Shown: positions 36,553-45,946 of the stretch, piece by piece
Position numbering within the stretch: position 1 is the stretch's first letter
How the letters are laid out: every line of letters begins with the position of its first letter
Assembly (NCBI GenBank): GCA_005878635.1
Contig: VBLS01000111.1
Span: 1 to 60,533 of the forward strand
From: Methanobacteriota archaeon
Lineage (GTDB): Archaea; Thermoplasmatota; Thermoplasmata; RBG-16-68-12
Length of the DNA: 60,533 bases
Direction of reading: 5' to 3'
The notes under the pieces: generated by a model
Databases searched by the model: none
What the model saw: only the letters and a program-made list of their open reading frames with translations
Told to the model about the DNA's origin: nothing
Made by a program: the position numbers and the translations under genes

Positions 36553-37397
36553 TTCTCGGTCTCCGTGTCCTCGGTCGCGACGTCCTCGCCCTCCTTGGCC
36601 TCCGTGAGGTCCTCGCCTTCGACCTCGACTTCTTCCGGGAGGGCCTCTCCCTCGGCCGCGGGGGCCGCGGGGGCCGCCGCGACTTTGCGGATGAACACCT
36701 GCTCCGCTCCCGACTTGATCTTCAACCGGTCGGTCTGTTCGCCGCGGACCTTGAGGAGGGCCGTGCGACGGAGGGCCCCGAACGTGGCGAGCGCGTAGTT
36801 GACCGTCGTCTTCGTGTGGCCCTTCGTGAATCCCCAGGCATCGGTGATGCCGGCGAGGCGGAGCACGCTCTTCGCGACATCCCCCACCGCCAGGCCGACG
36901 CCTTGCGGCGCGGGCTTGAGCGTCACCACGACGGATCCGCTCCGGGCCGTGACTCGGAAAGGCAATGAATGGGAGCGCTGGCAACCGCACTCCCAGGATC
37001 CACAGCCGCGCTTGATCTCGATCATGTTCAACTTCGCGTTGTCGATGGCCCGCCGGATCGACGGTCCGACCTCACGGCCCCGGGCGCGGCCGAGGCCCGC
37101 GAACCCGTCCTTATTCCCGACGATGCACGTGATCACGAAATTCACGCGGCGGCCGGAGTCCGTCATCCGCTGGACCATGTTGACGTCGAGGACCTCGTCC
37201 TCCGTCTCCGGCAACAGGATGTCGACGATCTCAGGCTCGCGGATCGGCAGGCTCGTCTTGATCGCGTCCCCGAGACTCGTGATCTCTCCGGCGAGGACCA
37301 TGCGGCCGAGCTTCGTCTTCGGCACCCAGGCCGAGAGGTCCCTCTCCGGGCGCGCGGCCCGGGCCTCCCGCCGGCGGCCGCCCCTCCGCTGCGGCAT
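36549..37397 (-). CDS. rps5: 30S ribosomal protein uS5 with acidic C-terminal tail
   Basis: WVPKTKLGRMV, MTDSGRRVNFVITCIVGNKDG and the S5 C-terminal domain. Followed by an extra Glu-rich tail of about 45 aa. Confidence 0.9.
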   Translation of the reverse strand: MPQRRGGRRREARAARPERDLSAWVPKTKLGRMVLAGEITSLGDAIKTSLPIREPEIVDILLPETEDEVLDVNMVQRMTDSGRRVNFVITCIVGNKDGFAGLGRARGREVGPSIRRAIDNAKLNMIEIKRGCGSWECGCQRSHSLPFRVTARSGSVVVTLKPAPQGVGLAVGDVAKSVLRLAGITDAWGFTKGHTKTTVNYALATFGALRRTALLKVRGEQTDRLKIKSGAEQVFIRKVAAAPAAPAAEGEALPEEVEVEGEDLTEAKEGEDVATEDTETEK

Positions 37398-37897
37398 CAG
37401 GGCGCCTCCAGTTTCTTCTTCACGGTGTCGAAGAGCTGACCCAACTCGGCCCCGATGTGTGTTCCGCGGACGCGCTCCTTCGCCGGCAACACGTCTGGGC
37501 TATGAGGAACCGCCACCCCGGAATCGAGGAGGCCTTGGAGGGCGGCAAAGAGCCGGCCTCCCGGCGATGGCCTCTGCCCGCCGAGGTCGAGGATCGCTTC
37601 CTTCAGGCCATGGGCGGACGCCCGGCGGCCCGCGAGATATCCGGTCAGGTAGGCCGCGGGCAAGTTCCCTGTCCCCGCGGACCAACCGTGCTCCTTGAGC
37701 TCGGACGACTGGGCGGTCGCGAGCACGCGGTCTCCCGTCGCCTCCGCGACGACCAATTGCACGATCATCTGCCGCAACGTTTTGCGGACCACCGCCCGAG
37801 GCTTCCCGCTCCGGAGGAGCTTCGCTCGCACCCGGTAATCGGTCCGGCCCTCCCGCCGTCGGCGGAGGGGCACCCGATAGTGAGGACCCTGGGTCAT
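37397..37897 (-). CDS. rpl18: 50S ribosomal protein uL18
   Basis: PLRRRREGRTDYRVRAKLL. ATGA overlap with rpl19e. Confidence 0.85.
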   Translation of the reverse strand: MTQGPHYRVPLRRRREGRTDYRVRAKLLRSGKPRAVVRKTLRQMIVQLVVAEATGDRVLATAQSSELKEHGWSAGTGNLPAAYLTGYLAGRRASAHGLKEAILDLGGQRPSPGGRLFAALQGLLDSGVAVPHSPDVLPAKERVRGTHIGAELGQLFDTVKKKLEAP

Positions 37898-38361
37898 TTC
37901 GCCACCCCTTCGCGCAGGACGCCCGCGGCCCGCAACTGTTGGTCCAGGTGCGCCTTCGATTTGAACATGCCGCCCTTCGATTGAGCGTAAAATCGGCGGT
38001 ACGTCCGGACGTCGATCCGGCCCTGCGCCTTCAGCTCCCGGAGATGCCGTCGCATGGAGCGGATGAGGCCGATCCACCGCGCCTTCCGCGGCGTGCGCGC
38101 GTTGAGCGCGCCCTCTCGGGAGCCGTGCCCCCGGCGTCGGCCTTTCGCGCGCTGGGCCGCTCGGTGGCGAGCCCGCCCGCGGGAGACGCCGCGCTCGGGC
38201 CTCTTCTGGATCACATTCCGGCGGATGAGCGCGCGGACCCCATCGCGCGTGATCGCGTCGAGGATGTTCTCCTGCTCCTTCGGATCCGGGCTGATGTACA
38301 CCCGGTTCACGCCGACCTTGAGGATCGACGCGGCGAGGCGACGCTGGTAGTCGAACCTCAC
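37894..38361 (-). CDS. rpl19e: 50S ribosomal protein eL19
   Basis: QRRLAASILKVGVNRVYISPD and an Arg-rich middle. The GTG start overlaps the rpl32e stop. Confidence 0.9.
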   Translation of the reverse strand: MRFDYQRRLAASILKVGVNRVYISPDPKEQENILDAITRDGVRALIRRNVIQKRPERGVSRGRARHRAAQRAKGRRRGHGSREGALNARTPRKARWIGLIRSMRRHLRELKAQGRIDVRTYRRFYAQSKGGMFKSKAHLDQQLRAAGVLREGVAK

Positions 38362-39140
38362 TCGGTCACCATCCGGTTGAGGATCCGCAGTCCCTTGTCG
38401 TCGCAGGCCTTCTCGATCAGTTCCCGCTTCCGCGTGCCGACCCCGTGGGCGATGCGGACAGCCTGCTTCGTCGCATCGAGTCCCTCGAGCTGGCGCTCGT
38501 TATGGACGAGGATCTCTTGAAAGCCGCTCGGATGGAGACCCCGGACGGCCCTCGGGCCCCGATAGCCGATCGAGGGGAGATTCCAGCGGTATCCGAAGTG
38601 GCGACGCAACTTGGACTGGCCGCCCTGCGGTTTCCGCCACTCGTCGCCGAACATGCGGTACCGGAACCACTCCTGGCGCCGGAACTTTGGACGGACCGCA
38701 TTCTTCGCGCTGCGCAACGCGAGGAGCTTGCGGAGGCGGTCGTCCAGCTTGGGCTTCGCCCGAGCCTCATGGACGCGCTTCTCCGCTTCCTCCTCTTCTT
38801 TCTCCTTCTTCTTCGGCTTCTTCCGTAGGGTGGGCTCCTTCGCGGGCTTCTCCTTCTCCGCCTTCTCCGGCTCCTTAGGCTCCTCCGGCTCGGCCTCCTT
38901 CTTCGCTTCGCGAGCCGCCTTCGCTTCCTCTTTTGCGAGGAACGCGAGGAGCCGCTTCCGGAGCTCGTCGACCTTGCCTTCCTTGCTCAACTCGTACTTG
39001 TCGGACCACGCGACGAGTTCGGCTTTCTTCGCGGCGCGGACCTCCGCGGCCGTCGGGAGGGGACCCCGCGGTTCCGGCGGCTTCTCCGGTAGCGTGGCCT
39101 TCTTGACCTTTTTCGCCGGCTTCGGTTCCTCCTCGGCCAT
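38358..39140 (-). CDS. rpl32e: 50S ribosomal protein eL32 with a long N-terminal Lys/Glu-rich extension
   Basis: The C-terminal core RPKFRRQEWFRYRM...WRKPQGGQSKLRRHF...GYRGPRAVRGLHPSGF is eL32. The N-terminal ~125-150 aa are charged and include a SAP-like helix pair. Confidence 0.85.
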   Translation of the reverse strand: MAEEEPKPAKKVKKATLPEKPPEPRGPLPTAAEVRAAKKAELVAWSDKYELSKEGKVDELRKRLLAFLAKEEAKAAREAKKEAEPEEPKEPEKAEKEKPAKEPTLRKKPKKKEKEEEEAEKRVHEARAKPKLDDRLRKLLALRSAKNAVRPKFRRQEWFRYRMFGDEWRKPQGGQSKLRRHFGYRWNLPSIGYRGPRAVRGLHPSGFQEILVHNERQLEGLDATKQAVRIAHGVGTRKRELIEKACDDKGLRILNRMVTE

Positions 39141-39141
39141 C

Positions 39142-39687
39142 TTACGCCTCCCCGGCCTTCTTCGTGATGTAGATGCCGTCCTGGAAGATGCGCGGATCAA
39201 AGCCTCGGATCCGCGTCGCCTGTTCGATGTTCGCGGCGGTCTGACCGACCGCCTCGACGTCCGGGCCGCTCAGGAATACCTGGTCGCCTCTCACCTCGAC
39301 TTTCGTCTCTCCGATGATCCGCGTCTTCCGCGGGAACTTTTCCCCGAGGAAGTTCTCGACGATGAACTCGGACCCCTTGACCGTCGCCTTGACTGGGAAG
39401 TGACTGTACACAATCTTCATCTCGTACTCGAAGCCCTGCGTCACGCCCACGATCATGTTCCGGAGGTGGGCCGCGAACGTCCCCACGAGGGCGCCCTCCT
39501 GCCGCCGCGGGAATTCGCAGCGGACCTTCGCTTGCTTCCCGTCGACGACGATCCGGATGTGCGGATGGGACAGCACGCGGCGTAACGAGTGGCCCTTGGC
39601 GCTGACGACCACACTGTCGCCTTCCAGGCGGACCTGGACGTCCCCGGGAATGTCGACCAATTCCTCCTTCAATCCTGCGACCGGCAT
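39142..39687 (-). CDS. rpl6: 50S ribosomal protein uL6
   Basis: Two-domain L6 pattern (VGVTQGFEYEMKIVYSHFP) and operon position. Confidence 0.85.
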   Translation of the reverse strand: MPVAGLKEELVDIPGDVQVRLEGDSVVVSAKGHSLRRVLSHPHIRIVVDGKQAKVRCEFPRRQEGALVGTFAAHLRNMIVGVTQGFEYEMKIVYSHFPVKATVKGSEFIVENFLGEKFPRKTRIIGETKVEVRGDQVFLSGPDVEAVGQTAANIEQATRIRGFDPRIFQDGIYITKKAGEA

Positions 39688-39695
39688 CGCCCACC

Positions 39696-40085
39696 TCAGT
39701 AGACGTAGGCGAGAAGTTTCCCGCCCACGCCGACCTCCTTCGCCTTCGTCTGAGAGATGACCCCTTCCGTCGTCGTGAGGATGAGGACGCCGAAATCCTG
39801 TGCGGGCAGGTACCGCGCCTCGTACTTCTCGAGCTCCTTGCGCTTGACGGCGAAGCGCGGCTTGATCACGCCGCAGTTGTTGATGCTCCCGACGAGCCCG
39901 ACCCGGTACAGGTTCCCACGGCCGTCCTCGACGAGTTCGAACGACCGAATGTACTCGTGGTCCTGCATCACCTTGAGCACGCGGCCGATCAACTTCGACG
40001 CCGGCCGTATGACGCACTCCGTCTTGCCGGCCGACTCGGCGTTGCGGATCGTCGCCATCGCATCGTTGAGTGGATCTTGGAGCAA
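39696..40085 (-). CDS. rps8: 30S ribosomal protein uS8
   Basis: [14 protein letters not shown]...[27 protein letters not shown]. Confidence 0.9.
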   Translation of the reverse strand: MLQDPLNDAMATIRNAESAGKTECVIRPASKLIGRVLKVMQDHEYIRSFELVEDGRGNLYRVGLVGSINNCGVIKPRFAVKRKELEKYEARYLPAQDFGVLILTTTEGVISQTKAKEVGVGGKLLAYVY

Positions 40086-40094
40086 CCGATCACC

Positions 40095-40241
40095 TCAGCT
40101 GTACTTCCGGAAGCCGAGCTCGTAGGCGATCTCGCGGAAGCACTGGCGGCACAAATGGAGGCCGTAGCGGCGGACGATGCCCCGTTTCCGTCCGCAGCGG
40201 AGGCAGCCTTTCTTCCGGCCGAAATCCTTCGTCCGGTTCAC
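40095..40241 (-). CDS. rps14: 30S ribosomal protein uS14 (zinc-binding type, 48 aa; not in ORF track)
   Basis: Manual translation gives [48 protein letters not shown]. The GTG overlaps the rpl5 stop (GTGA). Confidence 0.8.
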   Translation of the reverse strand: MNRTKDFGRKKGCLRCGRKRGIVRRYGLHLCRQCFREIAYELGFRKYS

Positions 40242-40747
40242 TCGACCACCTCGATCTTGAAGCGCGCCTTCATGAACTCGATGCCTTCCGTGCGGGAGAC
40301 GCGGTGGGAACGAGGGATCCTCCGTGCCCGGAGGGCCCGGCGGGCGACGCGCCAGCCGGGACGCTGCAAGCTCACGCTGACGTCCATCCCGAACACGCCG
40401 ATCTCGGGATCGTACTTCATGCCGGGGAAGTCCGTGTAATCCTGGATTCCGAAGGAGACGTTCCCGCGAGCGTCGAAACTGTAGCCCGGGAGGCGGTTGT
40501 TCCGGATGTCGAGGGCGGACTTCAGGAACGACTCGGCGCCCTCGCCGCGCAACGTGACGCGGGTCCCGATTGGCATGTTCCGGCGCACGCCCCAGTCGCG
40601 GACGGCCTGGTGGCTGAGCGTCTGGACCGACTTCTGCTTCGTCACGAGCTCGAGGACCTTCTGCGCCTTGACGAGCTTCTCACCCGCCTCGCCGACGCCG
40701 ACGTTGACCACGACCTTCTCGACCCGGATCTCGCGCATGCCCGCCAT
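40238..40747 (-). CDS. rpl5: 50S ribosomal protein uL5
   Basis: [19 protein letters not shown]...[29 protein letters not shown]. Confidence 0.9.
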   Translation of the reverse strand: MAGMREIRVEKVVVNVGVGEAGEKLVKAQKVLELVTKQKSVQTLSHQAVRDWGVRRNMPIGTRVTLRGEGAESFLKSALDIRNNRLPGYSFDARGNVSFGIQDYTDFPGMKYDPEIGVFGMDVSVSLQRPGWRVARRALRARRIPRSHRVSRTEGIEFMKARFKIEVVE

Positions 40748-40755
40748 CGTCCCAC

Positions 40756-41499
40756 CTAGATGGCCGGGGCCTCCGGCATCTTGATCGTGGGCCCTTCCGT
40801 CCCGACGACGAACACCTTGTGAATGTCCGTCGAGAAGCCTTCCGTGAACGTGACGACGTTCGCCCGCGGGTTCCGCGTTCGCTGCACCTCGAGGACGTGG
40901 GCGATCTCCCCGACGTGCTGGCCCGCGGTCACCAGGACCGGGGCGCCCTTGCTGAGCTCGTAGTGCTCCACGACCTTCTGGCCGGGGACGTTCATCTTCA
41001 CGGTGGTCCCCGTCTTGTACGAATCCTTCGGCAGGACCAGGTTCCGGCCGTCGTGCAGGTTGATCTGCGTCTTCCCGCCGCGCACGGTCGTCTTGTCCTC
41101 GACGCGGCACAGCTTCCATGTGGCGTCGCCGGCCTCGATCCCGACGAGGGACATGCGGCCACGGGTGTTCACGAGCATGCGGTAGTGGGCCTTCGTCTCG
41201 CTCAAGGTGAGGACGTCCATTAGGCCCACGGGAAACTTGGGGTCCGTCACGGCGCGCCCGTCGACGAGGATGCCTCGGTTGTTCAGGATATGCCGGGCCT
41301 CGCGGGCGGTGTCGCACACCTTGAGCATGTCGCGCAGGATCGAGCCGAGCGGCACGCTCTCGCCGATCCCATGCGGACCGGGCGAGGGGCGGACAATCCA
41401 GAAATCCGTCTTGCGGGGGATCGACCAGGAGCGAGGCGCGGGCAGTCGCTTGAGGTGCTTCTTCACTTCGATTTCTCCTCGAGCTTGCGGCGACGCCAT
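40756..41499 (-). CDS. rps4e: 30S ribosomal protein eS4
   Basis: KKHLKRLPAPRSWSIPRK and S4e/KOW domains. An alternative GTG start at 41466 overlaps the rpl24 stop. Confidence 0.85.
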   Translation of the reverse strand: MASPQARGEIEVKKHLKRLPAPRSWSIPRKTDFWIVRPSPGPHGIGESVPLGSILRDMLKVCDTAREARHILNNRGILVDGRAVTDPKFPVGLMDVLTLSETKAHYRMLVNTRGRMSLVGIEAGDATWKLCRVEDKTTVRGGKTQINLHDGRNLVLPKDSYKTGTTVKMNVPGQKVVEHYELSKGAPVLVTAGQHVGEIAHVLEVQRTRNPRANVVTFTEGFSTDIHKVFVVGTEGPTIKMPEAPAI

Positions 41500-41831
41500 G
41501 CGTCGGTGTCGTCCATCCGGATAATCAGCAGATTCGAGGCGTGCAAGGGCCTCGCGACCTTCTTCTCGTCGACCTTCTCGATCGTGATGCCCTCGACGAC
41601 GACGGTCCCGTGGACGCGATCCACGGAGACGACCTTGCCCTCCCGCCCTCGGAATCCGCCCCGCATGACGCGGACGGTGTCGCCCTTGCGGACCGGCAGG
41701 GCTCGCGGGAGGCGCCCCTTCGCCTTGTCGTGGAGTTCCGCCGACAGATGGGAGGAAGCGAGGAGCCGTTTCACATGGAGGGGGGCGTTGGCCGCCCGTT
41801 TCCGTTGCGTCCTCGGTTGGATGCTCGTCAT
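41463..41831 (-). CDS. rpl24: 50S ribosomal protein uL24
   Basis: KOW motif VRKGDTVRVMRGGFRGREGKVVSVD and operon position. Confidence 0.85.
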   Translation of the reverse strand: MTSIQPRTQRKRAANAPLHVKRLLASSHLSAELHDKAKGRLPRALPVRKGDTVRVMRGGFRGREGKVVSVDRVHGTVVVEGITIEKVDEKKVARPLHASNLLIIRMDDTDAWRRRKLEEKSK

Positions 41832-41839
41832 GCGTTGCC

Positions 41840-42238
41840 TCACACGATCATGCTCGCGGTCGCCGCGACGCGCGGCCACCGCTCGGCGGCTTCGCGGGCC
41901 ACCGGTCCCTTGATGTCCGATCCCTTCACCTCGCCTTCCGGAGTGACGATCACGCACGCGTTGTCCTCGAACTGGACCATCATCCCCTCGGGCCTCCGGA
42001 ACGGTCGCCGCTGGCGCACGACGACCGCGTTCATCACCTGTTTGCGCGTCTCCGGTGTGCCCTTCTTGACGGCGACGACGAGGAGGTCGGCGATGCCGGC
42101 CGACGCGAGCCGGTTCCGCACGCCCCGGTATTTCATCACTTCAATGATCTCGACGATCTTCGCACCGGTGTTGTCGATGCATTCGAGGCGCGCGCCCTTC
42201 GGGAGGCCGCGCATCTGGCGTCCGGGAAGGCCCTTCAC
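41840..42238 (-). CDS. rpl14: 50S ribosomal protein uL14
   Basis: [16 protein letters not shown]...[16 protein letters not shown]. The GTG start overlaps the rps17 stop. Confidence 0.9.
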   Translation of the reverse strand: MKGLPGRQMRGLPKGARLECIDNTGAKIVEIIEVMKYRGVRNRLASAGIADLLVVAVKKGTPETRKQVMNAVVVRQRRPFRRPEGMMVQFEDNACVIVTPEGEVKGSDIKGPVAREAAERWPRVAATASMIV

Positions 42239-42633
42239 CCGGCGACCCCCTGGTTGTGGATCGCGACGAAGTGCACCGTCTTCCCGAGGGGTCGGCACTC
42301 CATCGCGACGATCCGGTGCCCGACCTGGAGGCCGAGGCACGGCGGCGCGTGGACATTCAACCGGCGCGTCCGCTTCTCGAACCGTTCGAACTTCTGGATG
42401 TACCGAAGGTACTCCCGCTCGATGACGACCGTGTTCTGCATTCGCGTCGAGACGACGACGCCTTCGAGCATCTGGCCGCGCACCGGAAGGCCGGCGTGGA
42501 ATGGACACTTCGCGTCCGTGCAAACCTTCGCGGGTGAGGGGACGTCAATGCCGATGTCGCGGGCACCGGGGGCCGATGGCACCGCGGCCGCGACCGCCTT
42601 CCGTCTCGACTTCTTCTCCGCCATGGACGTCAC
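42235..42633 (-). CDS. rps17: 30S ribosomal protein uS17
   Basis: [37 protein letters not shown]. The GTG start overlaps the Rpp29 stop. Confidence 0.9.
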   Translation of the reverse strand: MTSMAEKKSRRKAVAAAVPSAPGARDIGIDVPSPAKVCTDAKCPFHAGLPVRGQMLEGVVVSTRMQNTVVIEREYLRYIQKFERFEKRTRRLNVHAPPCLGLQVGHRIVAMECRPLGKTVHFVAIHNQGVAG

Positions 42634-42881
42634 CGGGCCTTCTTCACGCGGTCTTCCGGCCGAAATCGGATGTCCGCCCCGTCGATCTCGTAGCCGCCCT
42701 GGACGTCGAAGCGGAACCGGCTGCCTTCCTTGGGAATCCGTTTCTCGTCGCCGCGGACATCGAGGACGAGCGTGTTCCGCGTCTCATCGACGACGCGTCC
42801 ACGAAGATGCTCCTGGCTGGGGTCCGTCGCCGCGACCACCTCGACCTGGAGCCCGATGAGCTCGTGCTTCCGAAGGTTCAC
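42630..42881 (-). CDS. rnp1: ribonuclease P protein component 1 (Rpp29/Pop4)
   Basis: LIGLQVEVVAATDPSQEHLRGRVVDETRNTLVL...IPKEGSRFRF. Conserved position between rpl29 and rps17. Confidence 0.8.
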   Translation of the reverse strand: MNLRKHELIGLQVEVVAATDPSQEHLRGRVVDETRNTLVLDVRGDEKRIPKEGSRFRFDVQGGYEIDGADIRFRPEDRVKKAR

Positions 42882-43132
42882 GGGGTTTCCTCCGTCGCGG
42901 ATTCCTTCGGCGTGGGCGCCGGGGCGGTCCCGAGCCGCCGCTCCTCGGACATGATCGTGAGGATCCGGGCGATGTTCTTGCGAAGGGCGCGGATCTTCCC
43001 CGGATTCGGAGGCGCGCCGCCCATCGCCGCGACGCCGCGCTCGTGCATCAGCTCGTCCCGGAGTTCCGAGAGCTTCTTGCCGAGGGTGTCGGCGTCCATC
43101 GCCCGGATTTCCTTCGTGCGGAGGAGGGGCAT
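42878..43132 (-). CDS. rpl29: 50S ribosomal protein uL29
   Basis: KEIRAMDADTLGKKLSELRDELMHERG and operon position. Confidence 0.85.
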   Translation of the reverse strand: MPLLRTKEIRAMDADTLGKKLSELRDELMHERGVAAMGGAPPNPGKIRALRKNIARILTIMSEERRLGTAPAPTPKESATEETP

Positions 43133-44016
43133 TAGGCGTCGTCGCCCCCGTTCGGCTCGACGTCGGCGTCCACGCCGAGCGCCTTCACTTCCTTCGCGAC
43201 CTTCTTCAACCGCTTCGAGGCGACCTTGCCGCGTTTCACCTTCGGCTCGGCCACTTTCGGCTCCTCGAGAATCAGGGGTTCCGGTTCTTCCGGTTCGTCC
43301 TCGGCGGGAACCGCTGCGGGGACCGCCTCGGGCTTGGGCTCCGCCCGCACGAGGAGGGCGGCCTCGGCCATGGCAGCGGCCGCGGCCAGGTATTCGGCGG
43401 ACGGCTGCTTGATCTCGACCTCATCGGGCAGCTTCGCCCGCGGGTCCATGATCTCGACCGTCACGCCGATGACCCCGGGCTTGAGTTTCGCCGCCGCGAA
43501 GCCGCGGTCCATCCAGAGGTTGCGCGGCTCGCCGCAATACTTGATGTGACCGGCCTTGAACTTCTCCCGGCGGTGCCGTTGGCCCGTCAGTTTGCCGGCG
43601 ATGACGACGAGGCAGCCTTTCGCGCCGGCCTCCATGATCCGTCGCACGGTCGAATGGCCCGCCCGCCGGAAATGCCAGCCGCGCTCCAGCGCGTTCGCGA
43701 GCTTCTCCGCCATGATCTGCGCATTGAGGGCCGGGCTCCCGACCTCCTGCACTTCGATCTGGGGATTGTCGAATTTGAATTGACGTTCGACGGCCTCCGT
43801 GAGGCTCTTGATCGCCCCGCCCTTCCGCCCGATGACGAGGCCCGGGCGCTCCGCGAGAAGGGTGACGCGGGTCCCCATGGGAGTCCGCTGGATGTCCAGG
43901 CCGCCGAACCCGGCCCGGCGGGTCTCGTTCATCAGGTATTCCTTGAGGAGGACGCGGCGCACGTTCTCGACGATGATGCGCTTGTCTTTCCGCTCGACCT
44001 TCGACTCCGCCGGCAC
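43132..44016 (-). CDS. rps3: 30S ribosomal protein uS3 with a C-terminal Ala/Pro/Glu/Lys-rich extension
   Basis: KH domain (VTLLAERPGLVIGRKGGAIKSL) and the S3 C-terminal domain, followed by an extra tail of about 80-90 aa. Confidence 0.9.
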   Translation of the reverse strand: MPAESKVERKDKRIIVENVRRVLLKEYLMNETRRAGFGGLDIQRTPMGTRVTLLAERPGLVIGRKGGAIKSLTEAVERQFKFDNPQIEVQEVGSPALNAQIMAEKLANALERGWHFRRAGHSTVRRIMEAGAKGCLVVIAGKLTGQRHRREKFKAGHIKYCGEPRNLWMDRGFAAAKLKPGVIGVTVEIMDPRAKLPDEVEIKQPSAEYLAAAAAMAEAALLVRAEPKPEAVPAAVPAEDEPEEPEPLILEEPKVAEPKVKRGKVASKRLKKVAKEVKALGVDADVEPNGGDDA

Positions 44017-44472
44017 TCACGCCACCTCTTCGAGGACGATCTCCAGATTGACGGTGTCTTGGTTCCACGGGCTGCTGCGCCCGTACGCGCGGGGTCGATA
44101 GCCCTTCGACGTCGCGCCCTTGTGGGCGTTGATGACGGCGATGACCATCGTGTCCGGATCCTCTTTCCCGGTGAACTCCGCGTTCGCGACCGCGCTCTCG
44201 AGGATCGTGAGGAACGCCTTCGCCGCCTTGACTGGATATCGCGCCGGCCCCAGGCCGGACTTGTGTGCGACCCACCGCCCGTACGTCCGCATCGGCACCG
44301 CCTGCTTGAGGGCCGCGACGTTCTCCAGGTATTCGCGGGCCTTCTCTACCGTCCGCCCGCGCAGCTGCCTCGCGAGCTCGATCGACTTCTTCCACGCGAT
44401 CGGGAGGTCTCGGCCATACGCTCGGGCCATCGTCTCGATCTTGTATTCCACCGTGTACCCGAGTTTCGTCAT
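44017..44472 (-). CDS. rpl22: 50S ribosomal protein uL22
   Basis: ARAYGRDLPIAWKKSIELARQLRGRTVEKAREYLENV and operon position. Confidence 0.9.
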   Translation of the reverse strand: MTKLGYTVEYKIETMARAYGRDLPIAWKKSIELARQLRGRTVEKAREYLENVAALKQAVPMRTYGRWVAHKSGLGPARYPVKAAKAFLTILESAVANAEFTGKEDPDTMVIAVINAHKGATSKGYRPRAYGRSSPWNQDTVNLEIVLEEVA

Positions 44473-44479
44473 CCGATCC

Positions 44480-44947
44480 TCACTTCAGCGGCATGAACTT
44501 CGACGAGCGCGTCGCGCCGACGCCCGGTCCGCTGTGGACCACGGGCTTGCGGGTCATCGCGAACTCGCCGAGGAAATGGCCGATCATCTCGGACTTGATC
44601 TCCACCGTCACGAACTCCTTCCCGTTGTGGATCGCGACCTTCTTCCCGATGAAGTCGGGCAGGATCGGGACGTCGCGGCAGTGCGTCCGGACCGCAGCGT
44701 CGGTCCCGTTCGCTCGTAGTTTCTCGACGAACGTCAGGCGCTCGTCGTCGAGGCCGCGGATGAACGTCCGGCGAGGACGGGCCGGCAAGAGCTCGATGAT
44801 CTCCTCGAGCGTCATGGCCTTCATCTCGTCGAGGGTGTAGCCGCGGTAGGTGAACTCCTTCTTCCGGCGCGTCTCCACGAGGCCTGCGCGCTTGCGCAAC
44901 TTCCGCCGTGCCGCCTTCGCGAGACCGCCGCCCATCTTCTTCGCCAT
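44480..44947 (-). CDS. rps19: 30S ribosomal protein uS19
   Basis: FTYRGYTLDEM...VAIHNGKEFVTVEIKSEMIGHFLGEFAMTRK. Confidence 0.9.
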   Translation of the reverse strand: MAKKMGGGLAKAARRKLRKRAGLVETRRKKEFTYRGYTLDEMKAMTLEEIIELLPARPRRTFIRGLDDERLTFVEKLRANGTDAAVRTHCRDVPILPDFIGKKVAIHNGKEFVTVEIKSEMIGHFLGEFAMTRKPVVHSGPGVGATRSSKFMPLK

Positions 44948-44951
44948 GCGT

Positions 44952-45665
44952 TTACCTCCGTCGCCGCTTCTCCTTCAGCCGCTTCGGTTTCGGGGACATC
45001 CGGCCGACCTTCCGGCCGGGAGGAGCGTCATATCCGACGGTCGACGGCTTGCCGACGTGCTGGTGCGATCCGCCTCCGTGGGGATGGTCGACGGGATTCA
45101 TCGCGACCCCGCGGACCTTGAAGTAGGGCTTGCTGAACGATCGGAAGGAGAACCACTTCTTGCCGGCGCGCGTGAAGGGCTTGTCCCCGCGGCCTGCGCC
45201 TGCGACCGCGCCGATCGTCGCGCGGCAGTCCGGATGGAAGGATCGGAACTGGCCCGACGGCAACTGCACGACGGTCCGATCTCCCTGGCTCACGACCACG
45301 GCCTGCGCGCCGGCGGCGCGGACGAAGCGGCCCCCGTCTCCCGGCATCGCCTCGAGATTGTAGACGAGCGTCCCTTCGGGGATGTCGCGCAGCGTCATCG
45401 TGTTCCCGCGGTCGAGATTCGGAGGGCCGTGGGTCACCGGCTGCCCGACGGAAAGCCCGTCGCAAGCGATCATCAGGACCTCATGACCATCGAACCGCAC
45501 CCGCGCGAGGGGGGCCGTGTGGCCCGGCGCTTGGAAGATGGCGGTCACGACGCCGGAGCCGCGAAGGTGCGGGTGCACGACCGGACCCGGATGGCGGTGG
45601 CTCGGCGACCGATACGTCGGCGAGGTCCCGCGGCCGCGGCGCTGGCCCGGAAGATTCTTTCCCAT
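44952..45665 (-). CDS. rpl2: 50S ribosomal protein uL2
   Basis: PGDGGRFVRAAGAQAVV...VAMNPVDHPHGGG. Confidence 0.9.
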   Translation of the reverse strand: MGKNLPGQRRGRGTSPTYRSPSHRHPGPVVHPHLRGSGVVTAIFQAPGHTAPLARVRFDGHEVLMIACDGLSVGQPVTHGPPNLDRGNTMTLRDIPEGTLVYNLEAMPGDGGRFVRAAGAQAVVVSQGDRTVVQLPSGQFRSFHPDCRATIGAVAGAGRGDKPFTRAGKKWFSFRSFSKPYFKVRGVAMNPVDHPHGGGSHQHVGKPSTVGYDAPPGRKVGRMSPKPKRLKEKRRRR

Positions 45666-45946
45666 CAGAACACCCCGATCCGCATCCCGATTTCTTCCGC
45701 GGAGAACTCCGGCTTGAGTTTGATGACCGCATGCTTGCCGTCCCGCCGGACGAAGGTGTTGACCTTCGCGACCTTGACCTGGAACAGTTCCTCGAAGGCC
45801 CTCTTGACCTCGGTCCTCGTCGCGCGCCGGACCACGAGGAACTCGAGGCGATTCCCGTCCTTCAGGTTTTGAGCGGGCGTGCCCTGGAGCATGTTGAGCG
45901 TCTTCTCGGTGACGTACGGATGGAGGAGGATCTCGTGCGGTTTCAT
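45665..45946 (-). CDS. rpl23: 50S ribosomal protein uL23
   Basis: ILLHPYVTEKTLNML...LEFLVVRRATRTEVKRAFEELFQVKVAKVNT. The ATG overlaps the rpl4 stop. Confidence 0.85.
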   Translation of the reverse strand: MKPHEILLHPYVTEKTLNMLQGTPAQNLKDGNRLEFLVVRRATRTEVKRAFEELFQVKVAKVNTFVRRDGKHAVIKLKPEFSAEEIGMRIGVF

